Virus record (IMG/VR): IMGVR_UViG_3300032304_000977
Location: 1-64,000 of that record
Strand: one strand, 5' to 3'
DNA from: a virus
Lineage: Duplodnaviria; Heunggongvirae; Uroviricota; Caudoviricetes
Length of the DNA stretch: 64,000 nt
In this document: positions 9,218 through 18,056 of the stretch, in pieces
How the letters are laid out: each line of letters starts with the position of its first letter
How positions within the stretch are numbered: position 1 is the stretch's first letter
Position numbers and translations under genes: made by a program
The notes under the pieces: generated by a model
The model's input: the letters and a program-made list of their open reading frames with translations, nothing else
Databases searched by the model: none
Told to the model about the DNA's origin: nothing

Positions 9218-11728
9218 TTATCCGAAAAATTCATCAAGAGAATTCTTTTCTTCTAGAGTCCAACCGATTGCTTCTAGAATTGATTCTAATGGATGAACGA
9301 AAACCTTTTCAAATTGTTTTTCATAATCTACGTATTTATGTAAACCAAATTCCTTTGGTAATTCATTTGTAAAACTAATCACATCTTCGTGTATGATATT
9401 TGGCTCTTTCAAGTAGATAAATTTAATTCGGTCGCCCTCTCGGATCAAGGGATAATTGTTTGCCAAATTATGTTCTTTGAGAACGTGATTATACATCAAC
9501 GCACCACGAACATGTATCGGTGTAGATTTACGATAAATTGTTCCATTGTCAGAATATTCTTTGAGGTTATTTACACTTCTTGGAAATGCAGCGTCTTCTA
9601 CTGGCAACTCAAAGAATTCCTTTTTATAATCCAACACAAATTTACGTAAAGCAATAGAATCACCAGAAATAATTAAACTCATCGCCTCTTTTAGTTTACC
9701 ACGAACAACATGCGGTGTAGAAGATTTGATCATTTCAAGACCCATAATCTTCATCTTTGGTACTGAGTATTGAACACCCTCAGAGTTGTGTACATTCAAC
9801 ACGTATCGTTTCTTTGCAACAAAGATACCCTTATCCGCAATAGATTCACGCTTCATGATCATCTTTTGATCATAAGCATTTTGCCTTTGCGCCAACTCAA
9901 CATAGCATTCATCTATGTAGGATTGCATTTTATCTTCACAAAACGTATCAATAGTTTTAACAACTTTCTCTTTATCTTTTTGTTGATCTTTTGTGAAGAT
10001 TTTATCAACCAGTGGACCCATGTTAAGATAAACTGAATCGGTGTCGACAGCAATAACATAATCTTTGCTTTCGGTCTTTAACACTTTATTCATGTAGTCA
10101 TTTAATTTGTTGTGAATCCAACGAATTGATAACTGACCACTCAACGTAATACCCTCAGCCATTCTTCTATCATAGTAACGGAAATACTGATTAGCCAAAG
10201 CACCATAAGCAGAATTAAGAGCAATCTTCAAAGCCATCTGCAAATTATTCAGACGTGATATTTCATTTTTAAGATGCTTCTGGCTTTTATCATTTTCATA
10301 CTGTTGTTGAATGACAAGCATTTGTTTCTTTGCTTTGCTTCTATCAGCATACATCTTTTCCATCAACTCAGGTAAGAATCCTCTTATATCTTTTCGATAG
10401 CACCAGCCATTAGCACTACACGCAAGATTTAAATCTTTGAATCCACCTGTCTCTTCATGCTCTAAGAAATAACCAACACCACCAACATGTGTATAGTTGC
10501 TTACTAATGTTTCTGGTGAGATGTTATATTGCATAATCAAGTGAGGATACAAACTGTTGAGGTCGAATGAAACTACCCAATCGTGCATCCCAACAATTGG
10601 GTCTTTAACGTACGCACCCTCAATAACAGAATCTTTATCGTTGCTTGTTTTGTTTGGAATGACAATTTTCTTTGCTCTTAAATGGTTGTAGATAATTGTA
10701 TCCCACATACGCACCTGAGAGAAAACATCCTCATAGTTGACTTTAGCATTATATGCCATAACAATCGCCAACTCGATTAACTTCATTTTCTCTTCTAACT
10801 TAAATACCAGAACAGTATCATGAATGTTATATTCAACAAACTTCTTCCACCCATTTGTGTAGAATTCTTTAAACGAATCATATTCAGAGTGGTCTAGTTT
10901 GTTTTCGCCAAGTTCAACATAAGCAATGTGATCCAATCTGTATGATTCTTGCATTGAATATGTGAATTTTTTATACAGATCGATGTAATCTAAAATCGAA
11001 ACTCCTGCGATTTCATACATAATCTGCTCATTACCTTTAACGTGAATTCGTCTCTCGGTAATGTCGCCCCATGGAGATAATGTGTTAGCGTGTGATTCGC
11101 CAAGCACATTTGTTATCCGTCTGATTAGATATGGTATATCAAAGAAATTGATGTTCCAACCAGAAACGATATCTGGGCAGTTTTCTTTCCAAAATTTTAA
11201 AAAAGTCAACAACAGTTCTGTTTCATTTTGCACACAATGATAGTTTACATCTTTATTGGCAGTATACGGACTACGACCAAAGGTATGGATCTCATTGGTT
11301 TTAGAATCCATCAAAGTAATAAGAAGAATTTCCTCATCGGCTGTCTCAACATCAGGGAATCCACTATTAGTTGTGGTCTCGATATCAACGAAGAAACATT
11401 TAATCAAATCTTTATCAAATTTGATTTCTGATGGATAATTATCAGATATGTATTGAAACGCATATTGTGAGTTGCCGTAAACATCAAACCCATCAACACC
11501 TTTATATCTTTCTACAAATTCACGTGTGTCCTTCATGCTTCCTGGTTGAATCTCATAAAGAACCTGCCCATCCAATGTGCGAAAAATCTCACCAGAAGAA
11601 TTCTTCTTCTTAGATGAGACGTAAAGAGTTGGACGAAAATCTATTTTATCTTTAGTTGCTATTCCATTGCTATAACCACGAACACATAGTTTGTTTCCTG
11701 ATCGAAACACATTTGTGTAAAATTCCAT
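9218..11728 (-). CDS. 43: family B DNA polymerase (T4 gp43 homolog)
   Basis: 836 aa. Exo I FVDIETT, polymerase motifs DxxSLYPS-like (SFDLNSLYPHLI) and IAVDTDSVY. Size and position typical of gp43. Confidence 0.9.
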   Translation of the reverse strand: MEFYTNVFRSGNKLCVRGYSNGIATKDKIDFRPTLYVSSKKKNSSGEIFRTLDGQVLYEIQPGSMKDTREFVERYKGVDGFDVYGNSQYAFQYISDNYPSEIKFDKDLIKCFFVDIETTTNSGFPDVETADEEILLITLMDSKTNEIHTFGRSPYTANKDVNYHCVQNETELLLTFLKFWKENCPDIVSGWNINFFDIPYLIRRITNVLGESHANTLSPWGDITERRIHVKGNEQIMYEIAGVSILDYIDLYKKFTYSMQESYRLDHIAYVELGENKLDHSEYDSFKEFYTNGWKKFVEYNIHDTVLVFKLEEKMKLIELAIVMAYNAKVNYEDVFSQVRMWDTIIYNHLRAKKIVIPNKTSNDKDSVIEGAYVKDPIVGMHDWVVSFDLNSLYPHLIMQYNISPETLVSNYTHVGGVGYFLEHEETGGFKDLNLACSANGWCYRKDIRGFLPELMEKMYADRSKAKKQMLVIQQQYENDKSQKHLKNEISRLNNLQMALKIALNSAYGALANQYFRYYDRRMAEGITLSGQLSIRWIHNKLNDYMNKVLKTESKDYVIAVDTDSVYLNMGPLVDKIFTKDQQKDKEKVVKTIDTFCEDKMQSYIDECYVELAQRQNAYDQKMIMKRESIADKGIFVAKKRYVLNVHNSEGVQYSVPKMKIMGLEMIKSSTPHVVRGKLKEAMSLIISGDSIALRKFVLDYKKEFFELPVEDAAFPRSVNNLKEYSDNGTIYRKSTPIHVRGALMYNHVLKEHNLANNYPLIREGDRIKFIYLKEPNIIHEDVISFTNELPKEFGLHKYVDYEKQFEKVFVHPLESILEAIGWTLEEKNSLDEFFG

Positions 11729-11737
11729 ATTTCTCCT

Positions 11738-12304
11738 TTATTTGCCATGAACCAACTGCATAATATCGTAAGCGCAGTCATGCACAGGATGGTGTTTGAT
11801 TACATTCGCACCTTTATCGAATGGGATCTTTAATTGACAATAACCATTTTTAGTCGTTTCACAAAGACAATCTAATGCTGTTCTAATATCACGCCAACTG
11901 TTGTATGGCGCAAGAAGATCAACACCAACAACTTTACACAAACTATCAATCGACATTTGATCAAGAGAGCCACGTGACCAAAATGTTGATTTGTCTGGAT
12001 CTTTAATATAACTACGCAATTTTTCTATACCATCAGAAGCAGAAAGATCGTTCTTTGATGGTACGAAACTTACCTCTCGTATAGCAGGGTGAATTTTATT
12101 CCACCACTCGATAGTCGATTTGTCGATTGTGCGGTTATATTTTTTTACCTGCTCTTCTACAGAAAATTTAACAAACAATGCATCTGAGATATACTCATCG
12201 TATGTTGTTTCAGTTTTTGTTGGATCGAAACGGATAATAGCAGCAGACAATATAACAGTAGTAGACTCTACACCAAGAGTCTCTACGTCAAACATATACA
12301 TCAT
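11738..12304 (-). CDS. DEDDh 3'-5' exonuclease (DexA-like)
   Basis: 188 aa. Exo motif I MFDVETLG (DxE) and C-terminal HxAxxD motif HHPVHDCAYDI, typical of the DnaQ/DEDDh fold. Confidence 0.5.
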   Translation of the reverse strand: MMYMFDVETLGVESTTVILSAAIIRFDPTKTETTYDEYISDALFVKFSVEEQVKKYNRTIDKSTIEWWNKIHPAIREVSFVPSKNDLSASDGIEKLRSYIKDPDKSTFWSRGSLDQMSIDSLCKVVGVDLLAPYNSWRDIRTALDCLCETTKNGYCQLKIPFDKGANVIKHHPVHDCAYDIMQLVHGK

Positions 12305-12852
12305 TGTTCTTCTTCTTTCTGATCTTCTTGATACTGATGGTAGTAATCAACCAAACCAGTAAATTCTTTTATGTCATCGGGTAGACAATCAATTGAATCC
12401 CAATCATCGAGAGAGTATTCAAAATAATCACCCTCACCATCAATCCATTGTCCGCAATAAGCCATACCACTCTCATGATAGTATGCTTCTACATACCACT
12501 CATTCTCAAATAAAAATTCATAAAGAGCTTCTGGTGGCGACCAAGCAGTATCAAACGCAATCCAAACTGTAGCGTCATCTTCGCGATCCCAATCGATGAT
12601 TGACATGTCCCACTTTGTTCCCCAATTGTTTATGTTCCAGTCATACCAATTTTCTTTCTCAGAGTCAGGCATGGGGCGCAGATGTTGGAATACTTGCTGA
12701 TTATCTTTATCTTCAAGAACTGCTACCAACGCATCAATCTTTTCTTTACTCGCACTTAAACGAACACTGTTGTTGCACCAATTAGGCATCTTCATCTCCA
12801 AGTTTAACCATACGCATTTCGTCGTAAAGGTTTGGGTATTTAAAAAACTCAC
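12301..12852 (-). CDS. hypothetical acidic Trp-rich protein
   Basis: 183-aa ORF with 4-nt overlap to the upstream gene. No motif recognised. Confidence 0.4.
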   Translation of the reverse strand: MSFLNTQTFTTKCVWLNLEMKMPNWCNNSVRLSASKEKIDALVAVLEDKDNQQVFQHLRPMPDSEKENWYDWNINNWGTKWDMSIIDWDREDDATVWIAFDTAWSPPEALYEFLFENEWYVEAYYHESGMAYCGQWIDGEGDYFEYSLDDWDSIDCLPDDIKEFTGLVDYYHQYQEDQKEEEQ

Positions 12853-12963
12853 TCACTTTTGTTTCGGCTTCTAGCCAATTATCGCAGTATTCTGTGCGAA
12901 CACTAGTACCTCGGTAGAATGCCTCAATTTTATATTTTATTTTGCTTGCATCTAATTCGTTCA

Positions 12964-13161
12964 TCAGTTTAGCAATCCATTTTCAACTTCACTGAAGACT
13001 ATTTTATTCTCATTCATCTTTTTTGTCAAAATTTTTTCTTCAACCAATTCATATACACGTTTTTCGATATACTTGAGTTCTTCCATAGTCAACGAATCTG
13101 GTGGTAATTTTCCTGACAAAACATTCTCAGCAATAGCGATACGTTCTGATGACATTCTCAT
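12964..13161 (-). CDS. small hypothetical protein
   Basis: 65-aa ORF in minus-strand gene array. Confidence 0.3.
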   Translation of the reverse strand: MRMSSERIAIAENVLSGKLPPDSLTMEELKYIEKRVYELVEEKILTKKMNENKIVFSEVENGLLN

Positions 13162-13286
13162 TTGACATTTTCCTTCACAACTGTTTTTGTTTCATTTACA
13201 AATTTATCTAGGTATGTAGCAACACCAGAAAAACCAATTGTTGCTACAACGATTCCAAAAAATACACCAAAAATAAAGTTTAGCAT
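13155..13286 (-). CDS. small membrane protein (43 aa, not in supplied ORF track)
   Basis: Minus-strand ATG at 13284-13286. Product MLNFIFGVFFGIVVATIGFSGVATYLDKF... has a single predicted TM helix. Coordinates approximate. Confidence 0.25.
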
Positions 13287-13507
13287 AGTATCCTCTGTAG
13301 TTCATATTGCGCTTCACGAATAGAATTTACTTTTTTTCCATTGATTTTGATATTTTTGTGTGTCCGAATCACAACATTTGTGTTGCTGATTGACAATGTG
13401 GTTTCTTCACGTGTTTTTGCTTTTCCAACACGTTCACCAGATGCGAAAAACAGTGTATCAAACAACGCATCGGAAGCAACCTTACGCATAAAAAAATTAT
13501 TCGCCAT
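13280..13507 (-). CDS. hypothetical protein
   Basis: 75-aa ORF directly downstream of the consensus early promoter at 13541-13569, with a GGGGA RBS-like sequence. Confidence 0.35.
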   Translation of the reverse strand: MANNFFMRKVASDALFDTLFFASGERVGKAKTREETTLSISNTNVVIRTHKNIKINGKKVNSIREAQYELQRILC

Positions 13508-13540
13508 ACTATCCCCAAAAATAGAGTTTTTACAGTAACA

Positions 13541-13569
13541 ATTATACTATAAACGTGAATTTATGTCAA
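13541..13569 (-). promoter_or_regulatory. sigma70-type early promoter TTGACA-N17-TATAAT
   Basis: Minus strand: aTTGACAtaaattcacgtttatagTATAAT. Confidence 0.6.
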
Positions 13570-13576
13570 TACCTAT

Positions 13577-13597
13577 AACCCTACTGGCTGTAGGGTC
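13577..13597. repeat. ACCCTAC-N5-GTAGGGT hairpin family, copy 1
   Basis: aaccctacTGGCTgtagggtc followed on plus strand by ATTTTTT. About 8 bp from the -35 of the promoter at 13541-13569. Confidence 0.6.
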
Positions 13598-13745
13598 ATT
13601 TTTTAAGCGATTTTGGAGGATTTTTGTGAGTTGGGTGGGGGATAGGTCGCTTGGACCAGAAAAAACGTCCCTGTAGGGTCTAAAATCGTCCTACAAGAGT
13701 CTTTTTTTGGGGTTTAGACCTTATGGGGTCGGTTTTTTAACAACC

Positions 13746-13994
13746 TCAGTCGTCTGGAAACCCCATTTTATTGACTTTTCCACTTCTATTTTGTAAATAA
13801 TCAAGAAAAGCAACAACCTGATGATAATTATGAAACATTTTCGTAAAAAATTCAGAAGTTGTTCTGTCAAAACCAATTAACATTACTTGTTCATCTTTAT
13901 AGACGGATGCTTTGATGAGCCAATCCCCTCTTACTATTGTTTTGTAAGATAACAGATCGTTGTTAATAGATACATGTTTTTGTTTTTGGTTCAT
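13746..13994 (-). CDS. hypothetical protein (start trimmed to ATG at 13992-13994)
   Basis: The track ORF 13746..14027 begins inside the GC hairpin at 14006-14024. The internal Met (MNQKQKH...) at 13994 is the first start clear of that structure. Confidence 0.35.
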   Translation of the reverse strand: MNQKQKHVSINNDLLSYKTIVRGDWLIKASVYKDEQVMLIGFDRTTSEFFTKMFHNYHQVVAFLDYLQNRSGKVNKMGFPDD

Positions 13995-14005
13995 GCAAAT
14001 ATTTA

Positions 14006-14024
14006 GGGGGACACGAAGTCCCCC
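14006..14024 (-). terminator. GC stem-loop (terminator or regulatory hairpin)
   Basis: GGGGGAC-ACGAA-GTCCCCC flanked by the inverted AAATATT arms. An isolated GC hairpin in an AT-rich spacer downstream of the hsp20 operon. Confidence 0.45.
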
Positions 14025-14109
14025 CAAATATTATCTATCACTTTTGTTGCGGTTCTGGTAATTTGCCATTAACCCAATCCCAATCATCATCTGTCATCGG
14101 AATCCAGTG

Positions 14110-14246
14110 AGTTACTTGCATTTTGCATATTCCTCCATAATTTGGTTTGCTCTTTTGTGATCGCCTTGTCTAGCATGAAACGCAGCAGCACGAGCATAAC
14201 CAATTCCTTTGATGATAACGTAAACACCTCTTAGAAAGTTTTTCAT
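14110..14246 (-). CDS. small basic protein (45 aa) translationally coupled to hsp20 (not in track)
   Basis: ATGA overlap: the hsp20 stop TGA at 14244-14246 shares nucleotides with the ATG of MKNFLRGVYVIIKGIGYARAAAFHARQGDHKRANQIMEEYAKCK. Approximate coordinates. Confidence 0.25.
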
Positions 14247-14791
14247 GCTGATTTCTTTCTTGATGCTTTCTTGCTTTCCATTTCTAGGATTTCGTGTTCC
14301 TGAAGAAGTTGAGGATTGTCTTGAGCATACAAAGAGACTGTCGATGCCTCATCAGAAATTTCAATTTGTCTTGGTTTCTTATGTTCAGGGATAATGCGCT
14401 CTAAGAAAATTTTGAGCATACCATTGATCATTTGTGCGCCTTGCACAACAACTTGATCATCAACTACGAAACTACGAGTAAACGCACGAGTAGCAATTCC
14501 TTTGTATAAAAATGCTTGTGTGTCATCTTTCGTTTCGCCTTTGACAATAAGTTTGTCAGCATCAAGTGTAATTTCTACATCTTGTTTGCCGAAACCAGCA
14601 ACTGCCAATTCAATAACATATTTGTTATCTTCTGTTTTGTAGATATTATATGGTGGATAATTGGGAATATGTTTTGTCATGTCATCATGCATTTTCGCAA
14701 GACGATTAAACTGATCATCAAACCCAACAAAAACTTTGTCAAAATCTTTGAATGTGTTGCTCCATGGAGCAGGAATAAAATCTAGTCCCAT
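14243..14791 (-). CDS. hsp20: Hsp20/alpha-crystallin family small heat-shock protein
   Basis: 182 aa. Alpha-crystallin domain signature YNIYKTEDNKYVIELAVAGFGKQDVEITLD...LIVKGE ... AFTRSFVVDDQV ... NGMLKIFLER. Confidence 0.8.
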   Translation of the reverse strand: MGLDFIPAPWSNTFKDFDKVFVGFDDQFNRLAKMHDDMTKHIPNYPPYNIYKTEDNKYVIELAVAGFGKQDVEITLDADKLIVKGETKDDTQAFLYKGIATRAFTRSFVVDDQVVVQGAQMINGMLKIFLERIIPEHKKPRQIEISDEASTVSLYAQDNPQLLQEHEILEMESKKASRKKSA

Positions 14792-14800
14792 ATGTCCCCC

Positions 14801-14998
14801 TTATTTCTTTGTTACTTTATTAGTAACATGATCAGCGATTTCGTGTGCTGTTTTTGCTATCGTTTTAGCAAATTCTGAGCCAGCATCGATGGCTGTTTGT
14901 AGGGGTTTGCGGTATACCTCATCTGTTACAACTGTAGAGAGGATTTTAGACTGAGCACCATGAATGGTGTCGATAGTTGAATTGAAATATGAAATCAT
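14801..14998 (-). CDS. small hypothetical protein
   Basis: 65-aa ORF immediately upstream of hsp20. Confidence 0.3.
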   Translation of the reverse strand: MISYFNSTIDTIHGAQSKILSTVVTDEVYRKPLQTAIDAGSEFAKTIAKTAHEIADHVTNKVTKK

Positions 14999-15152
14999 AT
15001 TTTCTCCTTGTTAAGCGAGTTAATTAAAAAATGCTACCCCGAAGGCATAGCGATCCTGCTTACTGTTTACAGGGACACCTTATCGTAGTGTCAGCCTTAG
15101 ACGCTCCTAAGGTAGTAGAGTCTATACGTTCCCATCCCGAATGGGACAAAAT

Positions 15153-15160
15153 TATTTATA
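15153..15160 (-). promoter_or_regulatory. candidate late promoter TATAAATA upstream of the hsp20 operon
   Basis: Plus-strand TATTTATA in the intergenic region, about 155 bp upstream of ORF 14801..14998 and hsp20. A single 8-mer, so weak evidence. Confidence 0.25.
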
Positions 15161-15367
15161 TCACTTTTTCTGTGATTTCTTCTTTTCTTCTACTTTTTTC
15201 TTTGCAGCTTCACGAGCTTTTTTGGCTTTTTCTGGATCAGCATGTTTAATGCCATCATCCTTCTTTGCAGCTTGTTTCTTTTGTTGCTGCTTTGGCTGCT
15301 GCTTTGGTTGTTCTGCAACAACTGGCATCGCCAGCGAAACGAGTAGAGCGAAAATTAAGTGTTTCAT
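15161..15367 (-). CDS. small secreted lysine-rich protein
   Basis: 68 aa. N-terminal signal-peptide-like MKHLIFALLVSLAMPVVA, then a KQQPKQQQKK.../AKKAREAAKKKVEEKKK low-complexity basic tail. Confidence 0.4.
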   Translation of the reverse strand: MKHLIFALLVSLAMPVVAEQPKQQPKQQQKKQAAKKDDGIKHADPEKAKKAREAAKKKVEEKKKSQKK

Positions 15368-15546
15368 TTTTGTTCTTCTGTTGTAGTTACTGTCGATCCC
15401 TCTTCTTGTGCTTTGAGAGCTTCATATTGAGGGACTGCTTGTGCACGAATTTTATTTATCACTTCAGATACTTTAACAAATGGCATCTCACCAAGTGCGG
15501 TTAAAATCGTATCAATATCATCAACTTTCAATTTCAATGTAATCAT
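15364..15546 (-). CDS. small hypothetical protein
   Basis: 60-aa ORF overlapping the neighbouring stop by 4 nt. Confidence 0.3.
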   Translation of the reverse strand: MITLKLKVDDIDTILTALGEMPFVKVSEVINKIRAQAVPQYEALKAQEEGSTVTTTEEQK

Positions 15547-15558
15547 TTGTTACTCCTA

Positions 15559-15984
15559 TTATTTAACATTACTTTTTTTACCAATATTATATTTAGGAAC
15601 AAGTTCCCACTGGTCTTTATCTTTATACGAGATAACTTTAATTTGCGACAATGATGCTTGTTGCTCTGCTTTGGCTGGAAATTTGATCTTTAGCAATCCC
15701 CAATCTTCAAGCAAAACAGCGACTGTATTTCTACGCTCAATGTCATTGTTTGTTATGTTTGCTTCTTTGCCATCTAAAGCAAACAACTCTTTAAAGTGGA
15801 CGATAAAGTATCGTCCCTGTTTATGTAAAATGTGACAGGACTGAAAGAGTTTATTGTCTTTTCTCGATGCGATACCAATCCTTGTCAATGTTTCTTTAAT
15901 TTTTAGAAAATTGTCAGGTTCTGGGAGTGTCACCTCGAGCATACTCTCTGAAGTCCAATCATAAAACACTGTTTCAACTGTCAT
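15559..15984 (-). CDS. regA: RegA translational repressor
   Basis: 141 aa. Strong similarity by eye to T4 RegA (KETLTRIGIA...SCHILHKQGRYFIVHFKEL...LLEDWGLL...WELVPKYNIG). Conserved position downstream of gp62. Confidence 0.85.
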   Translation of the reverse strand: MTVETVFYDWTSESMLEVTLPEPDNFLKIKETLTRIGIASRKDNKLFQSCHILHKQGRYFIVHFKELFALDGKEANITNNDIERRNTVAVLLEDWGLLKIKFPAKAEQQASLSQIKVISYKDKDQWELVPKYNIGKKSNVK

Positions 15985-16361
15985 GTTCTTCCACCTTTAT
16001 CGAATGCTTTTCTTATTATAGATAACTGCTCATCACTTAAAATGCTGAGCGCAGTCATCGCTTTTCTTTTATTACATGCATAGTATTGCATTATAAGTTC
16101 CAAGTCACTGACTTTTTCAGTTTTAGACCATTTACTGAATCTTTTTTTCTTGGAAACACTATTTAGTAAATAAGAAAATTGCCAATCTACAGGAATCCAG
16201 TGTCTCTGATTCATTTCGTTGGCTTGCAATACGGTATCGTGAAAGTATGCCAATCCTCTATTTATGATGAATGGCTTATAGTCTTTTTCTCCATTTGGTT
16301 GCTTGATTAAACTACTATCCTTTGTCTGATTGATGGCATTTATAAAATCGAATGGTGTCAT
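15981..16361 (-). CDS. 62: clamp-loader small subunit (gp62 homolog)
   Basis: 126 aa. Position between gp44 and regA; blocks resembling T4 gp62 (KDY.KF... and KRFSKWSKTEKVSDLELIMQYYA). Confidence 0.6.
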   Translation of the reverse strand: MTPFDFINAINQTKDSSLIKQPNGEKDYKPFIINRGLAYFHDTVLQANEMNQRHWIPVDWQFSYLLNSVSKKKRFSKWSKTEKVSDLELIMQYYACNKRKAMTALSILSDEQLSIIRKAFDKGGRT

Positions 16362-16368
16362 AGCGACC

Positions 16369-17310
16369 TCACTTGAATTTACAATTAGCCATAATCTCGA
16401 TCAATGCTGCAACATTGTTGACCTCAATATCCGCAACGAATGCAGCCTTGTGTTGATAATCAGCCAAAGTAAGAATGAGTTGTGGGATGGAAGATTGCTC
16501 TAGATAGTCTGTGGCTGTGTCGTAAAGTCTTCGGAAAAGAACAGTAGTTTCAATGTCGTTATTTTTTGCAATCCATGCTCTGGCTTTCATGAAGTCTTTC
16601 TTCTTTAGGAATTCGATAAGTTCCTTCATCGATTCATCAGAAAGATTTGCAATAATTTGCGCATCGATACTACCACCTTTACTATAACGCTGAAGTTCGT
16701 TTAGAACTCTGCGGAAGTCAGGAAAGAAAGTCTCAACAACTTTTGCTACAACCTTTTGGTCGAATTCGATATTCTCAATTGAGAGAATGTCAACAACTCT
16801 ACGATAGAATGCTGCAGCAATTTTTGGTTTATCTTTACTTTCAATTCTAAATTCAACCACCGCACATCGTGAATGAAGTGGCTCAATTATTCTGTTTTTG
16901 AAGTTACAGGTAAGGATGAATCTGCAATTTGCTGAAAATTCTTCAATAAAAGCACGCAGGGCTGCTTGCGCATCTGGGGTGAGATAATCGGCTTCGTCGA
17001 GGATGACGACTTTCGGACCATCTTGGGTGATGCTAACAGACGAGGCAAAGGTTTTGATTTTTGTTCGTAATACATCTATTCCTCTTTCTTCTGAACCATT
17101 AATAAACATAAATTCAGCATTGACTTCATTACACAATGCTCTTGCTACTGTTGTTTTACCAACACCAGCGCTACCAGAAAAAATAAAATTTGGTAGTTGA
17201 CCCTCAGCAATATAATGCTTAAAGTTTTGTTTCAACTCTTCAGCAAGAATACAATCATCAATGGTTTTTGGGCGATACTTCTCGCACCATAAGAATTCTT
17301 CACGACTCAT
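16369..17310 (-). CDS. 44: clamp-loader AAA+ ATPase (gp44 homolog)
   Basis: 313 aa. Walker A SGSAGVGKTT, Walker B ILDEAD, RFC-box architecture. Position between gp45 and gp62. Confidence 0.85.
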   Translation of the reverse strand: MSREEFLWCEKYRPKTIDDCILAEELKQNFKHYIAEGQLPNFIFSGSAGVGKTTVARALCNEVNAEFMFINGSEERGIDVLRTKIKTFASSVSITQDGPKVVILDEADYLTPDAQAALRAFIEEFSANCRFILTCNFKNRIIEPLHSRCAVVEFRIESKDKPKIAAAFYRRVVDILSIENIEFDQKVVAKVVETFFPDFRRVLNELQRYSKGGSIDAQIIANLSDESMKELIEFLKKKDFMKARAWIAKNNDIETTVLFRRLYDTATDYLEQSSIPQLILTLADYQHKAAFVADIEVNNVAALIEIMANCKFK

Positions 17311-17330
17311 AATATAACTCCAGTTGAAAT

Positions 17331-17996
17331 TTATTCAGCTGTTGAACCTGCCTCAACAGCAACATAGTAACAAAGTTCTGCGCTTGTGTTTTTGAAACGA
17401 CAAATCTTCATCTTAGCAATGGTAACATCGTATGCTCCTGGAAGCATTTTTAGGTTTTCTACTTTCAAATAAGCTGTAAACTTCTTGTCCGATTTACCTA
17501 GATCGATTTCGAACTTATTGCTCATTACATTTTTCACATCAACCACACGTGCAACAACTGTATTACCGTCGCCAACAACTGTGAGATCATTCACCTTTAA
17601 AATGCCAGCCGAGCGAATGATATGATCTAAATCTGATGCTGCTAATTTGAAAGTGATATTGCTTTCATCTTCTGGAAAAACAATAGATTTAGATGGCGCT
17701 TTTAGAATGTTTGCTTCTGCTGCTTTGTATTTAATAACATTCTTACCTTCCTTAACTTCAACAATGTCACCATTGAATGCGAAGTCGGGACTCTCGAACA
17801 ACGAAACAACACCCAAAAATTCATTGACGTCATAAATGCCAAAGTCTTGTGGGAATGTCTCAGAAACAGTTACTTCAGCGAAGACATTGTTTCCCTCATT
17901 TCGAGTTGACAATTTGTTTCCCTGTTTGATCAACAAATTCATGTTGATTGAAGCAAAGTTCTTAACGAGTGTTTGCGTTTCTTTTGATAATTTCAT
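17331..17996 (-). CDS. 45: sliding clamp (gp45 homolog)
   Basis: 221 aa. N-terminus MKLSKETQTLVKNFASIN matches the T4 gp45 start MKLSKDTTALLKNFATIN. Preceded by a consensus early promoter. Confidence 0.85.
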   Translation of the reverse strand: MKLSKETQTLVKNFASINMNLLIKQGNKLSTRNEGNNVFAEVTVSETFPQDFGIYDVNEFLGVVSLFESPDFAFNGDIVEVKEGKNVIKYKAAEANILKAPSKSIVFPEDESNITFKLAASDLDHIIRSAGILKVNDLTVVGDGNTVVARVVDVKNVMSNKFEIDLGKSDKKFTAYLKVENLKMLPGAYDVTIAKMKICRFKNTSAELCYYVAVEAGSTAE

Positions 17997-18025
17997 ATTT
18001 TCTCCTTGTCATAATATGTATAACG

Positions 18026-18054
18026 ATTATACCCCAAATGTGTGTTTGTGTCAA
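18026..18054 (-). promoter_or_regulatory. sigma70-type early promoter TTGACA-N17-TATAAT
   Basis: Minus strand: tTTGACAcaaacacacatttggggTATAAT. Upstream of gp45. Confidence 0.6.
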
Positions 18055-18056
18055 AT

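Noticed and set aside
15031-15065. Hairpin GCTATGCC-TTCG-GGGTAGC followed by U-run on the minus strand, as terminator
   Set aside because: The stem has a mismatch or bulge. It is plausible but weaker than the other calls, so it is left out of the feature list.
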